Assembly: GCA_042218325.1 (NCBI GenBank)
Contig: JBDGRE010000025.1
Span: forward strand, 1 to 22,452
DNA: 22,452 nucleotides
Reading direction: 5' to 3'
Origin: Candidatus Nanohaloarchaea archaeon
Lineage (GTDB): Archaea > Nanohalarchaeota > Nanosalinia > Nanosalinales > Nanosalinaceae
Shown here: piece after piece, positions 17,203 through 22,452 of the stretch
How the letters are laid out: each line of letters opens with the position of its first letter
Position numbering within the stretch: the first letter of the stretch is position 1
Notes under the pieces: model-generated
Told to the model about the DNA's origin: nothing
Databases searched by the model: none
Seen by the model: the letters and a program-made list of their open reading frames with translations, nothing else
Made by a program: the position numbers and the translations under genes

Positions 17203-17343
17203 CTATTCTGCCTTTACAACGTCAGGGTTCTCGGAACGCTTCTTCAGCAGCACCCTATGGGAGCACTTCGGGCAGATTATCTTCTCCTCTACCGGGTCGA
17301 TGTCGACCTCTTCCTCGCACTTCACGCATACGTATCCTGCCAT
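17203..17343 (-). CDS. rpo12: DNA-directed RNA polymerase subunit Rpo12 (P); not in the ORF track
   Basis: Hand translation gives MAGYVCVKCEEEVDIDPVEEKIICPKCSHRVLLKKRSENPDVVKAE (46 aa): a zinc ribbon with the CPxCxxRVLLKKR motif, directly after rpl37ae. Confidence 0.93.
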   Translation of the reverse strand: MAGYVCVKCEEEVDIDPVEEKIICPKCSHRVLLKKRSENPDVVKAE

Positions 17344-17628
17344 CTATTCCTCACCCTCGTCTTCGACTGCTTCCTTCGCTTCCTCGAGTTCTTCCGTTCC
17401 TACCTGGAGCGCACGCCTGAGCGACTCTTCGGCCCCAGTGTCCTGCTCGTACGCACCGCCAGCGACCTTCCTGTCGCAGCTATTGCACTCCCAGATGCCG
17501 GAGGCTCTTCTTTCGAGTTCTTCGCCGCAGTCCGGGCATTCACCTGTTCCGGTCTCCGCGGCGTCGACGTTCTTCCTGATCTTGTTTCCGTACCTTGCGC
17601 CGAAGCGCTTGGATGGTCTTCCTATCAT
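17344..17628 (-). CDS. rpl37ae: 50S ribosomal protein L37Ae (eL43) with acidic C-terminal tail
   Basis: RFGARYG..IRK, CPDC...GIWECNSC...AGGAY; start placed at the ATG at 17628 after an AGGTGA Shine-Dalgarno. Confidence 0.95.
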   Translation of the reverse strand: MIGRPSKRFGARYGNKIRKNVDAAETGTGECPDCGEELERRASGIWECNSCDRKVAGGAYEQDTGAEESLRRALQVGTEELEEAKEAVEDEGEE

Positions 17629-17674
17629 TTGAGTTGTCACCTATTATAGAGATTAAAGGGGTGGGAAAGCTTTT

Positions 17675-18466
17675 TTACTCTCCCGTGGCCCTGTCGAGCT
17701 TTTCCCGCAGCATCTCTGTCATCTCCCCCGCCATTTCGACGGTGTCCATGATCTCCTGCTGCGTGTAGGGTTGCTCCTCTCCCTTCTGCATCGCGACGAT
17801 GTTGCCGTTCTCCAGGAGCGAAACTGTCAGTCGGGCGTCCTGGGCGTCCTCCTCTTCCCCGGTCGTGTCCCAGAGAAGCGTGTCCCCGATTTTGTGACCG
17901 GTCACCGTTACGGGCTCCTTGACGAGCGGCACGTCCATAGCCTTCTCGTCCCGGTCGATCGTCCCTGTTTCCTCGTCGTACTCGGGGATGAAACCGGTCT
18001 TGAGCGCGGCCATCGCGCCGAGCGATGCCGCATTTATAAGGTTGCCGTCGTCGTTGAGCACGTGCACGTCGATGAAGAGCGTGTAGACTTTCTCGCCTTC
18101 CTCGATGCAAAGCTTCTCGAGGTCGACAGCCTCGGCTTCACGGATGCCACGGTCGACCACCCGGGCTAGTTCCACTCCTGGCTCCTGCGGGGGGCCTGAC
18201 TCGTATTCGCGGGCCGCCATCGGGGCGAGCTCCGCGTTGGTGACGAGCGTACCCCTCCCGGGCCTGTCATCGTAAGGTTCCTCGACGTCGACGCTGAGGC
18301 CGACCACGACCTGTGTCTTGCCGATGGAAACCTTCGCGGAGCCTTCCGCGGTGGTCGGGATGTAGTCTGCCTCCACCTTGATGTCACGCCATTCGTCGAG
18401 TTCACGGTCGTCGAGACGTTCACCGTCCGCGACCATCTTCCTGATGCTTTTCTCGTTGAGTTTCAT
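17675..18466 (-). CDS. rrp42: Exosome complex component Rrp42
   Basis: GERLDDR...AEGSAKV.IGKTQV, ELARVVDRGIRE and DDGNL; start at the ATG at 18466 (MKLNEK) after GAGGTGA. Confidence 0.95.
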   Translation of the reverse strand: MKLNEKSIRKMVADGERLDDRELDEWRDIKVEADYIPTTAEGSAKVSIGKTQVVVGLSVDVEEPYDDRPGRGTLVTNAELAPMAAREYESGPPQEPGVELARVVDRGIREAEAVDLEKLCIEEGEKVYTLFIDVHVLNDDGNLINAASLGAMAALKTGFIPEYDEETGTIDRDEKAMDVPLVKEPVTVTGHKIGDTLLWDTTGEEEDAQDARLTVSLLENGNIVAMQKGEEQPYTQQEIMDTVEMAGEMTEMLREKLDRATGE

Positions 18467-18467
18467 C

Positions 18468-19202
18468 TTACTTTTCACCTCCTCTGACTTCTTCAAGTTT
18501 TTTAAACAGCGCCTCGCGCTGCTGCTCGTACAGCTGCTCGCATCCGTCCTTCGCGAGCGAGATGCAGTCGTCGAGCATCTCCCTGTTGATGTCGCCATCC
18601 ATCTGCAGCAGCGTTATCTCGTCGCCGCCGTTGATGACCGCGATCGGGATGTCAGCGTTACCGTGCTTGTCCTCCTTGCCGTTGACGTCGAGCACCGCGG
18701 TATCGTTGACTACTCCCGCTGCGCATGCGGATACCAGGCCCTTCATGGGGATACCTGCGTCCGCAAGTGCGAGTGCCGCGGCGTTAATACCCGTTACACG
18801 GGTTCCGCCGTCGGACTCGATGACCTCCATCGAGATGTCGATGCCGGCCTTCGGGAACTCCTCCAGCTCTACGGCCGGTTGAAGCGCTCGCTTGGCGACG
18901 AGACCTATCTCCTTCGCCCGCCTGTTGGGACCGGGTCTCATCCGGTCGTCGACGGAGAACGGTGCCATGTTGTACCTCATCTTGATGACTGCGCGGTCGC
19001 TTTCCTGCAGGTGCTTCGGGTGAAGCTCCTGGGGTCCGAATACGGATGCCACTACCCGCGTGTTGCCGGTCTCGACCATCGCGGAACCGTCGGCCTCGTC
19101 CAGGACGCCGACCTCCATTCTGGTCTCGCGGACATCGTTGGGTTCACGCCCGTCCACGCGCTTTCCTTCGCTGTCGATGAACTCTATGTCTTCTTCTGTC
19201 AT
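18468..19202 (-). CDS. rrp41: Exosome complex exonuclease Rrp41
   Basis: RVDGR, ADGSA, YNMAPFS..DR..PGPNRR, DGGTR, ALADAGIPM and ED..G.AD; start at the ATG at 19202. Confidence 0.96.
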   Translation of the reverse strand: MTEEDIEFIDSEGKRVDGREPNDVRETRMEVGVLDEADGSAMVETGNTRVVASVFGPQELHPKHLQESDRAVIKMRYNMAPFSVDDRMRPGPNRRAKEIGLVAKRALQPAVELEEFPKAGIDISMEVIESDGGTRVTGINAAALALADAGIPMKGLVSACAAGVVNDTAVLDVNGKEDKHGNADIPIAVINGGDEITLLQMDGDINREMLDDCISLAKDGCEQLYEQQREALFKKLEEVRGGEK

Positions 19203-19203
19203 T

Positions 19204-19893
19204 TTACTGTCCCTCCTCAAGCTCTTCTTCGAGCCAGTCAGCCATCTCCTGCGTCAGCCCCGATGTGTGGGCCTCGCGCTCGATCTTACGGACTGCCCGT
19301 GCGGCGAGGTTCTCGTATTCGCCTCTTATCCAGACAAGTCCGTTCTGGCCGACTATCATTTTGGTGTTGGTCTTGTTCTTGATCTGCTTGATCATGGTTC
19401 CCTGCTTGCCGATGACTCTCGGCACCTTGGAAGGCGGTATCTCGATGATGCGTCCGCCTGAAAGCTTCCTGCATCTCTTGTCCATCATGGACAGGTTGAC
19501 GTCCATGCCCTCCGATACGGAGGTGACCTTGACGACTATCGCGTCGCCGACGTCGTAGTAGTCGGTGAGCTCGTCCTCGTCCAGGTCGATGTACTCGTCT
19601 ACCGCTGTGTCGATCTTCAGCATCCCCTCGTAGGGCGATGCAAGGTCGACGTTCCAGCTGGAGTAGCTGACGCGGGATACCTCGCCGATGACGATGTCGC
19701 CCTCCTGCGGGATGTATCTCCCGGCCATCGGGGTGACGTCGACTCGGCTGTCAGAGAACCTGACTGTTCCGACGTATTTAGAGTAGATTTTATCTCCTTC
19801 CTGGAACGTGCCGTTGCCGGGACGGATGTCTTCCTCCTCGGTAAGCACGTCACCAGGTGCGACTAGGCCTGAATCTTCTGCAACACGTGACAT
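19204..19893 (-). CDS. rrp4: Exosome RNA-binding cap protein Rrp4
   Basis: VAPGD, YIPQEGDIVIG (S1), KVPRVIGKQGTMI (KH), GQNGLVW and AHTSGLT; start at the ATG at 19893. Confidence 0.96.
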   Translation of the reverse strand: MSRVAEDSGLVAPGDVLTEEEDIRPGNGTFQEGDKIYSKYVGTVRFSDSRVDVTPMAGRYIPQEGDIVIGEVSRVSYSSWNVDLASPYEGMLKIDTAVDEYIDLDEDELTDYYDVGDAIVVKVTSVSEGMDVNLSMMDKRCRKLSGGRIIEIPPSKVPRVIGKQGTMIKQIKNKTNTKMIVGQNGLVWIRGEYENLAARAVRKIEREAHTSGLTQEMADWLEEELEEGQ

Positions 19894-20006
19894 TTTTAGT
19901 TTACCTCTTGAGTTCTTCTTCACACAGAATAGGAATCTGCTTTATATACAGCAAACCGGGGCAAAACTTTTTAAATACAATCTGCGCCTGCCGGGAAGTC
20001 AGTAAC

Positions 20007-20693
20007 TTACAGCTCCCGGACTTCTGCCTTGCCGGAGGTCATCTCCTGCAGCTCATCTACCAGCTCGCTGAGCACGCCCGCGGGCAGCGTCATCTGGCAC
20101 ATAAAGTACTCGTTGCCCCATTCCTCCTGCTCCATCTCGCCGACGCCCTGGAGCTTGTCGTACGCGCGGCCCGCGCTGTCCGCGGGTATCCTGATGGCGA
20201 CGGTCTTCTCCTCGAGCGAGATCGGGATGATGGGCCGTATATCGTCTACGGCCTCCTGGAACTTCTCCTCGACGTCCGAGTCCCAGTTGACGTGGAAGCC
20301 TGCTTCCTCCAGCGCGTTCTCGATGCGCTGCGGTGGGTGCGGGTTGCCTGTCTGCGGGTCTTGAGCCCGGCGGGCTATCATGTCGATGACCTGTCGGCGC
20401 TTGTCCTCCCGCATCTCCGCCTTCTGGTCGGTCGTGAGCTGCATCTCCCCTTTCTCGAATATCTGCTCGGCGGCCTCCATCACCTGCCGTGTACCGAACT
20501 CGTCCTCCAGTTCATCGGCCGAGGCCCGCTCACCCTCGCCGGCATCGGTAAAGATCTCCTGGACGAAAAGCATGCGCTGTATATCGTGGTCCTTGCCCTC
20601 CAGTTTGGCCTCCTTCGCGAGGTCGGGTTCTACAAGTATCTCGAAGTCTTTGTCGTTGGAGTACCTGACCTTGATGGCGTCGGACGTTTCCAT
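20007..20693 (-). CDS. Ribosome maturation factor SBDS/Sdo1 homolog
   Basis: FEILVEP, IFTDA..GERAS, GEMQLT..Q, DPQTGNPHPPQRIENALEEA and a C-terminal RRM-like domain. Confidence 0.95.
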   Translation of the reverse strand: METSDAIKVRYSNDKDFEILVEPDLAKEAKLEGKDHDIQRMLFVQEIFTDAGEGERASADELEDEFGTRQVMEAAEQIFEKGEMQLTTDQKAEMREDKRRQVIDMIARRAQDPQTGNPHPPQRIENALEEAGFHVNWDSDVEEKFQEAVDDIRPIIPISLEEKTVAIRIPADSAGRAYDKLQGVGEMEQEEWGNEYFMCQMTLPAGVLSELVDELQEMTSGKAEVREL

Positions 20694-20726
20694 GGACCAA
20701 AAACTGTTACGGAGCTTTAAACCGGT

Positions 20727-21437
20727 TTATGCTCCGTGGCCGCGCTCTTCGAGCTCTTCCGGCTCGACTCTCTCGTAGCCTTCTTCCGTGTCGACGGTCG
20801 CCAGCTCGATGTTCTCGGTCTCTATGTCCTCTTCCCCGGCCTTCAGGGCCTCGACCGCGAGGTCGATGGCTTCTTCCTGCGAAAGGTCTTCATCCCATTC
20901 GGCCTCGAGGTGTTCCGTGGCCTCGCTTCCGCCTTTGCCTATGGCGACTGCGTTCCACTGGTTGAGCGTTCCCGAGGGATCGGTCTGGTAGACCTGCGGC
21001 TCGCCGTCCTTGACGCCTCCCGAAAGCGTGGAGACACCGTAAGGCCTTACGCCGCCGTACTGGGTGAACTGCTGGCACCGGTCCGCGACGAACTTTGCAA
21101 GCACATGTGTAGGGATGGCCTCGTCGTAAGTCATGACGTAGCGCTGCGCCTCGTTCCTGGATTCCTCGACCAGGGTGCGGCCGTCTGCCACGAGACCCGA
21201 GGTCGCGATACCTACATGGTCGTCGACCTTGAAGACCTTCTCCGGGTTACGGACCCTGAGGTCCTGCGTGCTCCGGGTCGCGGCTATGACCACACCTTCC
21301 TCGTATGCTATTCCTAGAGCTGTCGCTCCTTTTTTGACTGCTTCCTTCGCGTATTCTACCTGGAACAGCCGGCCGTCAGGCGAGAAGATGGTCGCTCCAC
21401 GGTCGTACTGTGCCTGCTGCTGTTGGGACATCTGCAT
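20727..21437 (-). CDS. psmA: Proteasome alpha subunit
   Basis: YDRGATIFSPDGRLFQVEYA, SGLVADGR, TQYGGVRPYG, TDPSG and AIGKG. Confidence 0.97.
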   Translation of the reverse strand: MQMSQQQQAQYDRGATIFSPDGRLFQVEYAKEAVKKGATALGIAYEEGVVIAATRSTQDLRVRNPEKVFKVDDHVGIATSGLVADGRTLVEESRNEAQRYVMTYDEAIPTHVLAKFVADRCQQFTQYGGVRPYGVSTLSGGVKDGEPQVYQTDPSGTLNQWNAVAIGKGGSEATEHLEAEWDEDLSQEEAIDLAVEALKAGEEDIETENIELATVDTEEGYERVEPEELEERGHGA

Positions 21438-21446
21438 CTTTGAATT

Positions 21447-21496
21447 TCACCTAGAACCTGTACCAGTATTATCCAGTAGAAACCTTATAAGGGTTT
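21447..21496 (-). promoter_or_regulatory. psmA promoter (near-palindromic BRE/TATA) and Shine-Dalgarno
   Basis: AAACCTTATAAGGGTTT at 21480-21496 and AGGTGA on the minus strand at 21452-21447. Confidence 0.55.
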
Positions 21497-21559
21497 GAGC
21501 CTCCTGCGGCCCGGCCGGTACCCGGCACATTTTATACTGCCACCTGCAAAGACCTGCCC

Positions 21560-22175
21560 ATGTCGCAGCTCAAGATAACGCGGAGCGAGAGGGAGGAGCT
21601 ATCGGAGATCGACGAGAAGGAGTTCCCCAAGCACACCACGCAGATACTCAACATCGCTGTCAACAACGCACAGGCGAACAGGCCGCACACGGTCGGCTCG
21701 ATGAACGCCTTCGAGGAGGAGTTCCAGGAATCCGGCAGCGGTTTCGAGGAATGGAAGGAGTTCTACCAAGAGAAAAAGGACGGCGAGGAGCGTATAGACG
21801 AGGCCGTTGAGAAGACGGTCGAGATGCTCGAGAAGATTAGGGACGCCATGGCGGAGATAGACAGGGAGATGATACGTGACTACGTGGAGGACCTCGTACT
21901 GAACCAGACGTACGTCGGTTTCAACATACAGCGGGTCATACTGAAGAAGGTGGCCAGCGAACACGGCCTCGACTAGAGGTTTTTCGGGCCCTGGGGACGA
22001 GTCGAAGGGTATCGACGGGTACATCGGCGAACAGCCCGTCTCCATCAAGCCGGAGACCTACAGGAGGAAGAACCTGCAGGAAGAGATAGACGTGCCGATT
22101 ATCTACTACAGGGAGAACGACAACAAGACCCTCGTCGTGGACACCTCCGAGCTCGACGAAGAGCTCGAGGCCTGA
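21560..22175 (+). pseudogene. MjaI-family type II restriction endonuclease, disrupted
   Basis: The N-terminal part FPKHTTQILN.A..NAQANRP..VGSM...EEWKEFY ends at TAG 21974-21976. The family C-terminal motif DESKGIDGYIGEQPVSIKPETY...EEIDVPIIYY continues in the +1 frame to TGA 22173-22175. Confidence 0.8.
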
Positions 22176-22221
22176 AACCCCGGAAGCATTTTTTAGGTTA
22201 ACACGCCTACCTGTTTTTGAG

Positions 22222-22411
22222 GGTCCACTAGCTCAGGGGTTAGAGCGCCGTCCTTATAAGGACCTCGCACAGAAAACATGTGCCGGAAAGGCCTGTGCGT
22301 TGCCTCCAACTGCCGCAGCAGTCGGCAGTGCTGACCGGCTCTGCCGGTCGACGGGCTGATGCCCGTCTTTAAGAGAGGCGGTGGTCCCGGGTTCGAATCC
22401 CGGGTGGACCA
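22222..22411 (+). tRNA. tRNA-Ile(UAU) with a 117-nt intron at 37/38
   Basis: Acceptor GGTCCAC/GTGGACC plus A73, D-stem GCTC/GAGC, anticodon stem CCGTC/GGCGG, loop CT-TAT-A|A and T-arm CCGGG-TTCGAAT-CCCGG. Exons are 22222-22258 and 22376-22411; CCA is not encoded. Confidence 0.92.
22259..22375 (+). other. tRNA intron with bulge-helix-bulge-type junction
   Basis: Central 4-bp helix CTTA (22253-22256)/TAAG (22370-22373), flanked by 3-nt bulges TA|A and AG|A that give canonical 37/38 cut sites. The intron-side outer helix is weak. Confidence 0.85.
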
Positions 22412-22452
22412 AACTCCTCGCAGAGTTTGATCATGCGCTTAAGGCTCCAGCG

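Noticed and set aside
18467-18598. 44-aa N-terminal extension of Rrp42 (and short extensions on Rrp41, Rrp4 and L37Ae)
   Set aside because: These overlap upstream genes or Shine-Dalgarno sites; the downstream ATGs fit better.
16435-19461. Long plus-strand ORFs opposite the superoperon (327 and 334 aa, among others)
   Set aside because: They are antisense to well-supported conserved genes and their composition does not fit this acidic proteome.
21974-21976. Pyrrolysine or amber readthrough of the endonuclease TAG
   Set aside because: Readthrough alone stays in the wrong frame, and TAG is an ordinary stop for several genes here (herA, mre11, rpo12).
22328-22359. Box C/D guide RNA in the tRNA intron (GTGCTGA at 22328-22334, CTGA at 22356-22359)
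   Set aside because: There is no box C near the 5' end, the spacer is 21 nt and tied up in hairpins, and complementarity to the tRNA is only 5 nt. Not supported as a canonical guide.
21500-22452. Integrated mobile element at the tRNA
   Set aside because: No integrase, transposase or duplicated tRNA 3' end (att site) is visible in the window; sequence beyond 22452 is unseen.

Overview
Gene-dense archaeal chromosomal segment with very acidic proteins, as in salt-in halophiles. It carries exosome genes, which Halobacteria lack, and a tRNA-Ile(UAU), so it is most likely from Nanohaloarchaeota/DPANN (inference). Left to right: the 3' part of a Cys-rich surface protein with a PGF-CTERM-like anchor; herA converging on mre11-rad50-orphan, with no nurA; a C2H2/TM/thioredoxin-like protein; proS; an MtaD-like deaminase; psmB-fttA; five small orphan genes (mostly zinc-finger and/or coiled-coil); an SDR; then on the minus strand the exosome/proteasome superoperon (psmA, SBDS, rrp4, rrp41, rrp42, rpl37ae, rpo12, pcc1, pfdB) followed by UPF0147 and sepF. 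The window ends with a disrupted MjaI-family restriction endonuclease and an intron-containing tRNA-Ile(UAU). The most unusual signals are the rare UAU tRNA with a 117-nt four-hairpin intron (paired with heavy ATA codon use), an apparent ATT start codon, a recurring C2H2-finger module on membrane and coiled-coil proteins, and an orphan gene where nurA usually sits. Family assignments come from recalled motifs, not database searches.
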